Part shown: one piece after another, positions 25,151 to 37,682 of the stretch
Numbering within the stretch: the first letter of the stretch is position 1
How the letters are laid out: each line of letters begins with the position of its first letter
Assembly: GCF_902713615.1 (NCBI RefSeq)
Contig: NC_052175.1
Coordinates: forward strand, 9,837,271-9,901,270
DNA: 64,000 bases
Direction of reading: 5' to 3'
DNA from: Scyliorhinus canicula
Lineage: Eukaryota
Program-made: the position numbers and the translations under genes
The notes under the pieces: model-generated
What the model was told of the DNA's origin: nothing
The model's input: the letters and a program-made list of their open reading frames with translations, nothing else
The model's database searches: none

Positions 25151-25259
25151 AGGCGTGAGAGATTCTTTGGGTCAGGCACACAGGCCGGGTTGGATGTTCG
25201 ATTGCGGAAAGTAGTGAGGACGGTCGCGTGAGAGATTCTTTGGGTCAGGCACACAGGTC

Positions 25260-25520
25260 AGGCAGACGGTCAGAGGATACAGCAGGATTTAGATCGTTTG
25301 GAGTCGTGGGTGCCTGGAACTCGTTGCCGGAGGAGGTTGTGGAAGCAGGGACGATAGTGACGTTTAAGGGGAATCTTGACAAACACATGAAAAGATGGGA
25401 ATAGAAGGATACGGACCCCGGAAGTGTGGAAGAATTTAGTTCAGATGGCAGCATGGTCGGCAAAGGCTTGGAGGGCCGGAGCACATGTTCCTGTTCTGTA
25501 CTTTTCTTTGTTCTTTGTTC
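25260..25520 (+). mobile_element. CR1 3' end fragment
   Basis: WNSLPEEVVEAGT-like segment and (ttctttg)n tail. Confidence 0.8.
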
Positions 25521-25599
25521 TGTCTGTTAGACAAAGAGTTCAGTGGAATCATGGCAGTGGGGATTCAAAATTATGTTGAGTTCAATCAGAATGGGAAAG

Positions 25600-26440
25600 T
25601 ATTGGCCGCCATGTTTAATCAGTTAACGATATGAAAAGAGGTGGGTCAGGAACGGCAGGCACCAGTGTACAGTATGAATATTGGAGAAGGTGAGTCCTGT
25701 GTTGGCACATTAGCTGCGGTAATCTTGCAGGTGAGGCAGGACAGGTTGTGGGTGAGGATACATGAGGTGTTCGAAGCCTTTTATGGGGGCTGAATAGGGT
25801 GGAGCCGCTGGGAGCAATGGAAGGGAGATTAGCAGAGGGGCCAATGGAAGGGTGCTTTTCTGATTGGAGGTCTGTGACTAGTAATGTTCCGCAGGGATCA
25901 GTGCTGGGACCTTTGCCGTTCATAGTATATATAATTGTGCTTGAGAAAAATGTCACAGGTCTGATAAGTAACTTTGCTGACGACACACAGAGTGGCGGAA
26001 TTGCGGATAGCGAAGAGGATTGTCAGTGGATACAGCATGATTTAGATTGTTTGGAGACTTGGGCGGAGAGATGGCAGATGGAGGTAATGCACTTTGGAAG
26101 GTCTGATACAGGAAGGGAATATACAGTGAATGGTAGAACCCTCATAGCATTGACAGTCAGAGAGATCGAGGTGTACAGGTCCACAGGTCACTGTAAGGGG
26201 CAACGTAGTTGGAGAAGGTTGTCAAGAAGGCATACGGCATACTTGCCTTGATTGGACGGGCAATTGAGGTTAAATATTTGCAGGTTATGCTGCAGCTGTA
26301 TGGAACATTACTTAAGCCATAATTGGAGGATAGTGTTCAATTCTGGTCGCCACACTGCCAGAAGAATGTCGGGGCTTTAGAGAGGGTGCAGACGGGATTC
26401 CCCAGCATTCTGCCTGGTATCGAGGGCTTTAGCTATGAGC
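25600..26440 (+). mobile_element. CR1 RT fragment
   Basis: ORF 25799..26251: SNVPQGSVLGP, NFADDT. Confidence 0.88.
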
Positions 26441-26444
26441 AGAG

Positions 26445-28860
26445 CTATGAGCCATGAGTTTTTTCTACCTCAAAATTGACCTCATGGCTCCGAAACTCAA
26501 TCCCTCTACCAATAAGAGATAACACACCATATACCTTCTTAACAACCCTATCAACCTGGGTGGCAAATTTCAGGGATCTATGTACATGGACACCGAGATT
26601 TCTCTGCTCATCCACACTACCGAGAATAATACAATTACCCCAGTACTCTGAATTCCTGTTACTCCTTCCAAAATGAACCACGTCACACTTTATGCATTGA
26701 ACTCCATTTGCCACTTCCAAGCCCAGCTCTGCAGCTTATCTATGTCCCTCTGTAACCTGCCATATCCTTCCGCACTGTCCACAGCTCCACCGACTTTAGT
26801 GTCATCCGCAAATTTACTCACCCATCCTTCTGCGCCCTCCTCCAAGCCATTTATAAAAATAACAAACAGCAGAGGCCCCAAAACAGATGCTTGTGGTACA
26901 TAAGTAATTGAACTCCAGGCTGAACATTTCCCATCAACCACCACCATCTGTCCCCTTACAGGTAGCCAATTTCTGATCCAAACGGCTAAATCAACCTCAA
27001 TCCCATTCCTCCGTATTTTCTGAATTAGCCTACCGTGGGGAACCTTATCAAACGCTTTACTGAAATCCATATACACTACATCAACTGCTTTTCCCTCGTC
27101 CACATGTTTGGTCACCTTTTCAAATAACTCAATAAGGTTTGTGAGGCACGACCTCCAATTCACAAAACCGTGTTGATTATCCCTAATCAAATTATTCCTT
27201 TCCAGATGATTAGTAATCCTATCTCTTATAATCCTTTCCAAGACTTTGCCCACAACAGAAGTAAGGCTCACTGATAGTTACCAGGGGTTGTCTCTACTAC
27301 CCTTCTTGAGCAAGGAGATAACATTAGCTATCCTCCAGTCTTCTGGCACTATTCCTGAAGACAATGCCGACAGGAAGATCAAAGCAAAAGGCTCTGCACT
27401 CTCCTCCGTAGATTTCCGAGAACGCTAGGATAAATTCCATCCGGCCCAGGGGACTTATCTATTTTCACACTTTTCGGAATTGCTAACACCTCCTCCTTAT
27501 GTACCTCAATCCCGTCCAGCCTACCAGCCTGTATCTCAGTATTCTCGTCGACACCATTGTCTTTTTCCTAAGTGAATACTGACGACAAATATTCATTCAG
27601 CACCTCTCCTATCTCCCCGCACTCCACGCACAACTTCCCATTTCTGTCTTTGACTGGCCCTACACTTATCCTAGTCATTCTTCTGCTCTTGACATACATA
27701 CAGAAAGATTCGGGTTTTCCTTGATCCTCCCTGCCAAGGAAATCTCATGTCCCATCCTGGCTCCTCTTCTCTCTCTCTTTAGCTCCTTCCTGGCTATCTT
27801 GTAACTCTCAAGAGCCCCAAGTAATCCTTCATGTCTCACTTTTACATAAGCCTACTTCATTCTCTTGACAAGTGATTCAACTACATTAGTGAACCACGGT
27901 TCCCTCGCTCGACCGCTTCCTCCCTGCCTGACAGGTACACTCGTGTCAAGACACGCAGTACCTGTTCCTTGAACAAGCTCCACATTTCAATTGTGCCCAT
28001 CCCCTGCAGTTTCCTTCCCCATCCTCTGCATCGGAAATCTTGCCTAATCGCATAATAATTGTCCTTCCCCCAGCTCTAACTCTTGCTCTGCGGTATCTAC
28101 CTATCAATTTACATCGCGAAAGTAAACGTAACCGAATTGTGGTCACTATCACCAAAGTGCTCACCGACCTCCAAATCTAACATCTCGCCTGGTTCATTAC
28201 CCAGTACCAAATCTAATGTGGCTTGCCTCCTCTTGGCCTCTCTACATACTGTGTCAGCAAACCCTCCTGCACATATTGGACAAAACTTGACCCATCTAAA
28301 GTAATCGATTTATCGCGTTTCCAGTCAACATTTGGAAATTTAAAGTCCCCCATAACAACTACCCTGTTACTTTCGCTGCTATCCAGAATCATCTTTGCAA
28401 TCCTTTCCTTTACATCTCTGCAACTTTTCGGAGTCCTATAGAAAACACGCGAAGGGGTGACCTCTCCTTTCCTGTTTCTAATCTCAACCCATACTAGCTC
28501 AGTAGACCAGTCCTCATGAAACGTCCTTTCTGCCACTGTAATACTTCCTTGACTATCAATGCTACACTTCTCCCTCTTTTACCACCTTCACTGTGCTTAC
28601 TGAAACATCTAAAGCCCGGAACCTGCAACAACCATTCCTGTCCCTGCTCTATCCATGTCCCCAAAATGGCCACAACATCGAAGACCCAGATACCAACCCA
28701 TGCTTCAAGTTCACCCACCTTATTGATTCTCCTGGCGTTGAAGTAGACACACTTCAAACCACCTTCCTACCTGCCGGTACGCTCCTGCGACCTTGAAAAC
28801 TTACTCATGACCACACTACTCTGAACCTCCTGTACACTCGAGCTCCAATTCAGGTTCCCA
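26445..28860 (-). mobile_element. CR1 ORF2 (endonuclease and RT), truncated at both ends
   Basis: KCVYFNAR, VVVMGDFKFP, QHGFV, DFSKAFDKVPH, KFADDT. Confidence 0.93.
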
Positions 28861-30370
28861 TTCACCTGCTGAAGGGCCTATTCCTGTGCTGTATTTTCTT
28901 TGTTATTTGTTCTTTCTTTGCCAGTTCTGTTACTGTTCGTGTCCTCGCAAAGGCATTGATACGAAGCTTGGAGTGGTTTGTTCCAGAGGTGGCCTGGGAG
29001 GATCAGGAGAGGTTTGTGAAGAGGGGGCAGCTTTCAAGAATATTGCGAAATCCAATTCTGGCCCTATCGGGGGTGGGTGGGGATTGCGAGTGGTGGAGGT
29101 GATTGAGTCAATGGACTGGAAGAAGACGTCTTCTTTGGCTTGATAGAGCGGAGATTTTTGTTCGAAGCCCTGGGGAGGTTTGGTTTGGGATGAGGTTTGT
29201 GTTGTGGGGTTGACGGTTACATACGGCCCTTATGGAAAGTGCGGATGAATAAGACAACGTCGTGGGATTCTAGCACAGGGGAACAAAGCAGGGGTTTCCG
29301 CTGTACACGCTGTTGTTCGTGCTGACGATTGAGCTCTTGGCGATGGCACTTTGGGCCTCGGCTGAGTGGAAGGAGAATATGAGGGGTGGGATTCTGGGAA
29401 CACCGGGAGTCACTGCCTACTGATACCTGTTACTGTTCGTGACAGCCCCCTTAGAAAGCATGGCGGGAATACTGGGATATCTGGAGAAATTGGGGGCCTT
29501 TACGGACTATAATTCGGTTATAATTAGCCTTCCCCCAATTTAGCACATTCGCCCGAGGACCACTCTTATCCTTGTCCACCAGCACTTTAAAACTGACTGA
29601 ATTGTCGTCACCGTTGCCGAAATGCTCCCCAATTGAACCTGCCAGCATCTCTCCTGTCTGTTCAATTCATAGTTTTATATGTTTCGAGACGATCTCCCCG
29701 CACCCTTATAACTTCCAACGAGTACAGTCCCAGTCTACTCAAACTCTCCTCGTAATCCAACCATCAACTCTGGGATTAACCTCGTGAATCTCCTCCAGGA
29801 CGGGTCTGATGTCGTTCACTCCGACGAAATCCACGCGTGACCCTGTGCTGGAGCCGTGCATCAGAAAATGGAACCAGCTGAAGAGGTACTTTTACCTGGG
29901 GCACGTTAGTCATGACTCCACTGTGAATCATCTGTTTGCGCTGGGGCGGATGGCGGGGTGGAGCGTCACTGAGGATCAGGGACATGTTGTGGAGGGCGCG
30001 ATTGCTGGGCAATAGAAATTGGGGGAGACAGTCCTGGCGAATCATCGTCCATATGTTCTGAGGGGGGGGGGTGGTTTAGAAGAGATGTTCGATGAATGTT
30101 TGTGAACTTTTCGGAGGCTGAGTGAGGGACACTGTTGAGGTTTGAAGGGTTTGGCGTGAAGCTGCATCCTATGGTGGCCATCTTTGTGGTGCCGTGAGGT
30201 GCCGAAGTTGCTGGAGGTGAAGGGCGCCGATGTGGTGGGTGTGCTGCACAGCTTCAGCTCAGTGAGAAGCAGATTGTAAATCGCAACCATCTCCACCCTA
30301 TCCCCGACCCCTCCCCCAAATTTATCGATGTAAACCATCCATTAAATATGAGACATGTTGGGAGCTCATG
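28860..30370 (+). mobile_element. Old, decayed L1/Tx1 RT and C-terminal region, interrupted by a CR1 fragment (about 29515-29790, minus)
   Basis: ggaacaaagcaggggtttccgctg...ttgttcgtgctgacgattgagctc resembles [19 protein letters not shown]; IRKWNQL...NHLFALGRM resembles L1 KIWGQW...NHRFAPGRI. Confidence 0.65.
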
Positions 30371-30532
30371 GTTTATTATAACAGTCAGACAGGAACATTT
30401 CAAAGAACGTTTCAATTGAGATTTAGTCCTGAAATAGAGGGAAGAAGGAGCAGAAATTAATGGAGGGCAGGAGAGAGGGCTGTGGTATTTGAAAATGAAA
30501 CGATAAAAGTGGAGAGAAAAGGGAGGGAGAGC

Positions 30533-30575
<43 letters not shown>

Positions 30576-31329
30576 GTGATCGATGGGGTGAAGAGCAAGA
30601 GAGAGAAGTCAGAGATGGGATATTGTAAGAAGAAAAGAAAGGGGGAAAGAACAAAAGAGTGCTGCTTGATTGTGAATATTGAAGTATAAACAGAACCATT
30701 CCTGGAATGAGCAGGAGAGTGGGCAGAGGTTCATTATTGTCTTCTTCCTTTATTTCCAGTGTGGCAGTAAAACAGACGGCGATAGCGATTGAACACAAGA
30801 CGGAGAGACACAAGCTCTGGGAATGGTACTCCAGGATTCCGTCGCTGGCCACCCTTTGGGGACATCTCAGTCTGTCGATTTACATTTAATTTAAAATAAA
30901 AGTCTTGCTTGAAATCTGTTCCCATTGTAGGGCCGTGTTTATAACATGCGTTCTACGAATAAGAGGAGAGAGAAGTATTAGGATCTTGCTAGGATCTATT
31001 CTAGTTCCATAATATTTTGATTTGTTGTAATATATTTCCATCTGTCTCTATTTTGAAGATTGGAAGATGCAAAGAGATTTCTTTCGCAGCGAGGAAATCT
31101 CAGCAAAGAACAATCACCGGAGCGAAATAGTGTCATAAATGTCTCCGAGACATTTTTATTCATCATCTCACACACAAAATAGATTTGTGGTGTTTCAACT
31201 CAAAGTATTTTGGTCTGTTTATGGGTCTGAATGAGTTCTCAGTCTCTCCAGAAATGGAAATTTAGGGAGAGAGTGGGAATGAGTCAACAGGTGATTGACG
31301 GTGCCAAGGCAGATGAGAAGAGATTAAGG

Positions 31330-34300
31330 GGGAAGGGGCAGTCAGCAGGAGTTTGAGGTGGAATGGGTAAAGTCAGCTAGGCATTGAGTGGGAGAAGGAC
31401 AGAGTCAGTAGGGCATAGAGGGAGGAGGAGGCAGAATCAGCTGCTCATTGAGGGAGGGGACAGGCAGCAGGGGATTGAGGCGTTGGGGGCAGTCAGCAGA
31501 GGATTGGGGGCAATAGGCTGATTCAGCTGGGAAATGAGGGTGAGGGGACAGAGGCAGCAGGGGATTGAGGAGGAGGAGGCAGAGTCAGCAGTGGAGTGAG
31601 GGGGAGGAGGCAGTCAGCAGGGAATTGAGGGGGAGGGTCAGAGTCAGCAGGGGATTGAGAGGGAGGGGGCAGAGTCAGCAGAGGATTGAGGGAGATGGGT
31701 CAGTGTCAGCAGGGCATTGAAGGGGAGGGGCAGAGCGAGGATGGAGAATCAGCGTGCGGGTTCAGAGTCAGCAGGAATTTGAGGGGAGGGGCGGTCAGCA
31801 TGGGATTGAGGGTGAGGGGTCAGAGCGAGCAGGTGTTTGAGGGCGAGGGGGCAGAGTCAGCAGGACATTGGGAGGGAGAGGGCAGTCACCGGGGGATTGT
31901 GGGGGAGGGGACATAGTCAGCAGGCAATTGAGGGGGAGCGGCAGTCAGCGTGAGATTGAGGGGATTGGCAGAGTCAGCTGTGGATTGAGGGGGAGGGGGC
32001 AGAGTCTGCAGGGGATTGTCAGAGTCAGTAGGGTTTTTAGGGGGAGGGGCAGAGTCAGCAGGGCATTGAGGGGGCAAGGATAGTCAGCGGGGGATTGTGG
32101 GTGAGGGGGCAGAGTCAGCAGGGGTTTGAGGGGAGTGGCCAGTGAGCAGGGGATTGAGGGGGCAGAGTCAACAGGGGATTGAGGGTGAGGGGGCAGGGTC
32201 AGCAGGGGATAGAGGGTGAGGGGGCATTTAGCAGGGGATTAAAGTACACGAAGCAGAGTCAGCAGTGGATTGAGAGTGTTGGGCAGTCAGCAGGGGACTG
32301 AGAGGGATGGGGCAGTCTGGGCAAGGGATTGTTGGGACAGACTCAGTCGGGTATTGCGGAGGAGCAGTCACAGTGATCAAGTGATTGAGGGTTAGGAGGC
32401 CGAGTCAGCAGGGAATTGAGGGGATTGTCAGAGTAAGGAGGGTTTTCAGGGGGAGGGGGCTGTCAGCAGGCTATTGAGAGGATTGGCAGTGTCAGGAGGC
32501 GATTGAGGGGGAAGGCAGAGTCAGCAGTGTATTGTGGGCGTGGAACAGAGACAGCAGGGGAATAAGGGTGAGGGGTCAGAGTCAGAAGGGGTTTGACGGG
32601 GATGTGTCAGAGTCAGAAGGGCATAGAGGGGGAGCGAGCGGAGGCAGCAGGGGATTGAGGGGAGAGGGCAGACTCAGGAGGGGAATGAGGCGGTGGGGGC
32701 AGTCAGCAGAGCATTGATTGGGCGGGGCAGAGACAGCAGGGGATTGATGGGAAGTGGGCTGGTTCAGCATGGGACTGAGGGGCGGGGGAAGTCAGCAGTG
32801 GATTGAGGGGGAATGTGCAGTCAGTAGGGAATTGAGGGGGCTGGGTTAGTGTCAGCAGGGGATAGAAGGGGAGGAGACAGAGCGAGGAGGAGAATGAGCG
32901 TGCGGGTTCAGATTTAGCAGGGGTTACAGGGAAGAGGCAGAGACAGCGGCGGAGGTGTCAGAATGAGCAGGGGATTGAGGGTGAGGGGGCTGAGTCAGTA
33001 GGGGATTGAGTATATGTGTCAGTATCATCAGGGAATTGAATGGGAGGGGAAGAGCGAAGAGGAGAATGAGCGTGCGTGTACCGAGTCAGCAGGGATTTCA
33101 GGGGAGGGGCAGAATCAGCAGGGGATTGTGGGCGAGGGGACAGAAACAGCAAGGGATTGAGGGTGAGGGTCAGCATCGGCAGGGGTTTCGGGGGATGTGT
33201 CAGAGTCTGAAGGGTATTGAGGGGGAGCGAGCAGAGAGAGCAAGGGATTGAGGGGAGAGGGAAGACTCAGGAGGGGAATGAGGCGGAGGCGGCAGTCAGC
33301 AGAGTATTGAAGTGGTGGGGGCGGAGACAGCAAAGGATTGAGGGGGGGAAGGGCGGATTCAGCATGGGAGTGCAGACTCAGGAGGGGAATGAGGCGTAGT
33401 GGGGGCGGAGACAGCAAGAGATTGAGGGGGGGAGGGCGGAGACAGCATGGGAGTGAGGGGAGGGGGCTGAGTCAGCAGTGGATTGAGCAGGAGGGTGCAC
33501 AGTCAGCGGGAATTGAAGGGGATGGGTGACATCAGGGGATTGAAGGGGAGGGGGTAGAGCGAGGAGGAGAATGCGCGAGCGGGTCCAGAGCCAACAGGGC
33601 ACTGTGGGGGGACGTTGCAGAGTCAGCAGGGCATTGAAGGGGAGAGGGCAGTCACCGGGGGATTGATGGGGGGGGGTGGGGGACAGAGTTAGCGGGGCAT
33701 TGATGCTGAGGGGGCTGTCAGCCGGGGATTGAGGGGGTAGTGCCAGCAGGGGATTGAGTGGGAGGGAGCGGAGGTAGCAGGGAATTGAAGTGGAGGGAGC
33801 AGAGTCAGCAGTTACTTTAGGGCAGTGGGCCCAGCAGGGGTTGAGGGGGATGGGGCACACTGAGCAGGGGTATTGAGGGGAAGTCAGTAGGGGATTGAGC
33901 GGGAGAAGGCAGAGTCGCAGTGGATTGAGGGGGAGAGGGCAGAGTCAGCCATAGGATTGTGAATTGGCAGATCCAGTCGGAGATTGAGTGGGAGTGGGTT
34001 CAGTCGGCAGGGGATTGAGGAGGAGGGGGTTGTCAACAGGGATTGAGGGGATTGGCAGGTTCAGTAGGGCATTGGGGGAGGGCAGAGTCAGCAGGGGATT
34101 GAGGGCGAGTGGGCAGACACAGATGGCGAATTAAGGGTGGACAGGGTCCGTCTGCAGGGGTTTGAGGGTATGTGTCAAATTCAGAAGGGTATTGAAGGGG
34201 AGCGAGCAGAGAAACAGGGCATTGTGAGGAGAGGGCAGGCTCAGGTGGGAATGAGGGACGGAGGGGGCTGTCAGAAGAGCATTGAGGGGGTGGGGGTGGA

Positions 34301-34810
34301 GACAGCAGGAGCTTGAGGTAGAGGGGGCGGAGTCTGTAGGGGGAATGAGAGAGGGTACAGCGTCAGCAGTGTATTGAGGGGGAAATTACGGAGTCAGCAG
34401 GAGATTGAGGCGGCTAGGGTCAGAGTCAGCAGGGGATTGCGGGGGGGGGGTTGCAGAGACAGCATGGTATTGAAGGGATTGGTCAGTGTCAGCAGGGGAT
34501 TGAAGGGGCGGGGGCAGAGCGAGGGAGGAGAATGAGCGTGCGGTTCCGAGTCAGCAGGGATTTGAGGGGAGGGGCAGGACTGAGCAGAGGATTGATGGGT
34601 CAGAGTCAGTAGCGGATTGCGGGGAGGAGGCAGAGTCAGCAGGGGATTGGGTGGGAGTGAAGACGTCAGCAGGGGTGGGGGAAAGAAGCCAGAATCATCA
34701 GGGGATTGAGATGGAAGGGGTCAGTGAGCAGGGGATTGAGGGCAGTGCATTTTCAGCAGGGAATTGAGGGGGTACGGGCAGAGTCAGCAGTGGATTGAGG
34801 GGGATGCGAC
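31330..34810. repeat. G-rich minisatellite, unit about 30 bp (GAGGGGGAGGGGGCAGAGTCAGCAGGGGATT-like)
   Basis: Continuous degenerate tandem array of about 3.5 kb with extreme G/C strand skew. Confidence 0.95.
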
Positions 34811-34824
34811 AAAGTATATCCAAG

Positions 34825-35160
34825 AATCATAGAATCATAACATTTACAGTGAAGGAGTCAAGTCGGCCGATCGTCTCTGCACCGATCCTTGGAAAGGGCA
34901 TCCCATTGATGCCCCACACGTTCAACCTATCCCCGTAACCCAGTAACCCCATCTAACCTTTTTGGACACTAAGGATAATGTGTCATCACCAATCCACCTA
35001 ACCTGCACATCTTTGGACCGTGGGAGGAAACCGGAGCACCCGGAGGCAACCCACGCAGATACAAGGAGAACGTAAAGATTCCAGGACAGACAGTGACCAA
35101 AGCCGCGAAACAAAGCTGAGATCCTGGAGCTGTGACGCAACTGTGCTACCACTGTACTGC
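34825..35160 (-). mobile_element. HE1-like SINE
   Basis: Head, body and (catagaat)n tail. Confidence 0.85.
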
Positions 35161-35164
35161 CTAC

Positions 35165-37401
35165 CTATCAGCCCTTGGGAATGCATGTTCAGGGGCATCC
35201 TTCAGTTTAAACTAACACACTATTCCCATAGTGTCCCAAGTGTTCACCTGAAAAAGTTCATGAGTCTTGTTCTCCCCTGCCCTTGGAAGATGCAGCATCA
35301 TTCCCACTAGAAAGGTATGGATATAATTGACTGGGTAATGTCAACCCTAAGGAGGTGTTTTTGCAGCCTGGTGGGCCATATTTACCCGAGTCTTCAATTA
35401 ATCATTGCTCACACAATTAGGTATTCGGTATGCATCCAGGTGGAGTAGGTTGGTCTGGAGGCTTTGTGATAAGCGTGTTGCACATATATTACATGTCTTC
35501 ACGGGGCACGCTTCCTTCGGGATAGCACTCTGTCTCTCAAATAATTAATTCATTGTGGTCTGATATGGTTGCAACTGTTTGTGTTCTTTCCACACAAGGT
35601 AATGGACTTGGTGGCTAAGAGTGTAGGCATTTAGGTATATGTCCCTAACTGCAGCTCTAATTTGCCCTTTCATAACCTCAATCTCTTCACGTATCTCTGC
35701 TCTGCCAAGAACATTGACAGTTGAAACTCATATCCTCCAGCCTCCAGTTCCACTCTGTCTCTCTGTTGTCTCTTTTGTGTTGTCAATTCACTCCCGTCCA
35801 CAATACCCCTCTTTAAGGCGACAAAAACCCTTGCCCATACAAATAGGCTGATACGTGTAGGCTGGCGAGATTAATCATAATTTTCACATGGAGTCTGCAC
35901 CGGCTCTTGGACCCAGTAACCCCACCCAACACTAAGGGCAATTTTGGACACTAAGGGCAATTTTTCATTGGCCTATCCACCTAACCTGCACATCTTTGGA
36001 CTGTGGGAGGAAACCGGAGCACCCACACACACACGGGAGGATGTGCAGACTCCGCACAAACAGTGACCCAAGCCGGAATCGAACCTGGGACCCTGAGCTG
36101 TGAAGCGATGTGCTATTACAATGCTACCGTGCTGTCCTGGTACGGTCGTCACTGATTCATCAGTGAAGGTCAGAACTAAGCCGTTTCCCAGAGTGTGGCG
36201 AGTGATATGTTAATCACATTCGGGCTTGGGGTTGGCCTTGGACTTGTGGTTGGAACCGATCCGGAGCTCGCCGGTGCCACAGTGGTGGTGATAGGCTTCT
36301 ACCACCTCCACAGTTATCCCGTGGGGTTCTTGCTTCCTACAATATCCCACCCGATTCTCGGGCGCCAGAGCTGACTGGTTGCCGATCTCACTTCTCTCCG
36401 AAACGAATTGTCAATCTATCACCGACTCACTCATGATTTTCAGTACGGCTTTGGTGCCTGCTTAGGGATCTATTTACAGAATTTCAGAAGCTTTACATTC
36501 ACAATCGGGGGATTTGGTCAATCGAAGGCAATTATACGTTCCTGATCGGCCATTTTTAAAAACATGTCATTTTGCCTGGGGTAAAAGTTTGCTGCGTTCC
36601 AGCTTTCCGTATCAGCTGTAATCCCTTGATCCTTGGTTCCCAATGATATAGGGCCTGGATACTTAGCAAGTGCAAGTAATTCGTATAAGATGCCCCGAGG
36701 GACGTATCAAGTCCCGTTTGTGCAGACATCCCGAGTCCCAACATAATAAAACCTATACAAATCCTCCCATTTGAATTTCACATAGCATTTACAACAACCC
36801 TCCGCTCCGGCATGACATTAATATACATGCGATCATCGTTTTTTCTTTCAGCAATGCCGGCTCCTTCATGTCAATGGCGATGAGGTCGATGTTGATGGCT
36901 GCAGCCAAGAGATGAAATGGGGCCCTAAAGTGCGCGAGCAATAGAATGCTGTGGTATATATATATATATTCCGGCACTAAATTAGTATTATATCATTTGC
37001 ATCTACTCCAATCCTTCCTCGAATATCATCTCCGTGACTTCGTACCAATAGCCTGTGTCACTCTGGTGGCCCATGACAAATGCAGATAATTTCTTTTACA
37101 AGTGCTAGCAGTTGCCAATGCCGGAGGGATCTCTCAATCTTGTGACTGTGGCACTACTTATGAGGGTACGGTTTCAACTGTATCCAATGTTGCCACCGCG
37201 GACTAGGTTTCTCGTCGATTAAGGCAAATGTTTGTCCAGCAATGATTACTGCAGAGGGTGCCTCCCATCAAACCCCTGTGCCGTTTTATCTGTCATGAGT
37301 TTGACCATGACCCTTCCCTGCTGTCGGAGTTTTGGGGTATCCTTTCCAGTCAGTTTGGTCCAATTTTTATGCTGTTGCTGTGCCTGACCTTCACGACATG
37401 C
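35165..37401 (-). mobile_element. Decayed endogenous retrovirus remnant: integrase C-terminal domain followed by env (SU and TM)
   Basis: 37166-37267 reads WEAPSAVIIAGQTFALIDEKPSPRWQHWIQLKPY, preceded by GRVMVK (retroviral IN-CTD pattern). Downstream are a Pro/Thr-rich linker (36200-36298), KRQQR/D (35757-35774) and a heptad-like segment VSTVNVLGRAEIREEIEVMKGQIRAAV. Multiple stops and frameshifts; no LTR seen. Confidence 0.65.
35890..36138 (-). mobile_element. HE1-like SINE inserted into the ERV env
   Basis: A and B boxes and body; the env reading frame resumes on both sides. Confidence 0.88.
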
Positions 37402-37501
37402 NNNNNNNNNNNNNNNNNNNNNNNNNNNNNNNNNNNNNNNNNNNNNNNNNNNNNNNNNNNNNNNNNNNNNNNNNNNNNNNNNNNNNNNNNNNNNNNNNNN
37501 N
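37402..37501. other. Assembly gap (100 N)
   Basis: Run of N. Confidence 1.
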
Positions 37502-37682
37502 GATGATTGGAATCAAAATTTTTATTCCATGAACTTTGATGGAAAGATCACATTATGATCTTGATGCCGAGTGAACTGGCAGGATGAACCCAGGACGTAT
37601 GACAAAGCTTCACGGAACCTGTGTCCAGTATCAATTCACCATGCAAACACTCGCAGTGAAATCAGGATCAGGGAATGTCAAC

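Noticed and set aside
25154-25257. Perfect 31-bp direct repeat around a 42-bp spacer (CRISPR-like look)
   Set aside because: Only two copies in eukaryotic DNA at a TE junction, and the spacer resembles CR1; more likely a repair or template-switch duplication.
31330-34810. A true immunoglobulin switch region, or the Pro/Gly-rich ORFs in the array
   Set aside because: No Ig exons in the window; the ORFs are by-products of the repeat.
37258-37680. ORFs spanning the N run, and continuation of ERV pol past the gap
   Set aside because: Gap artefacts; sequence beyond 37501 shows no convincing integrase core motif.
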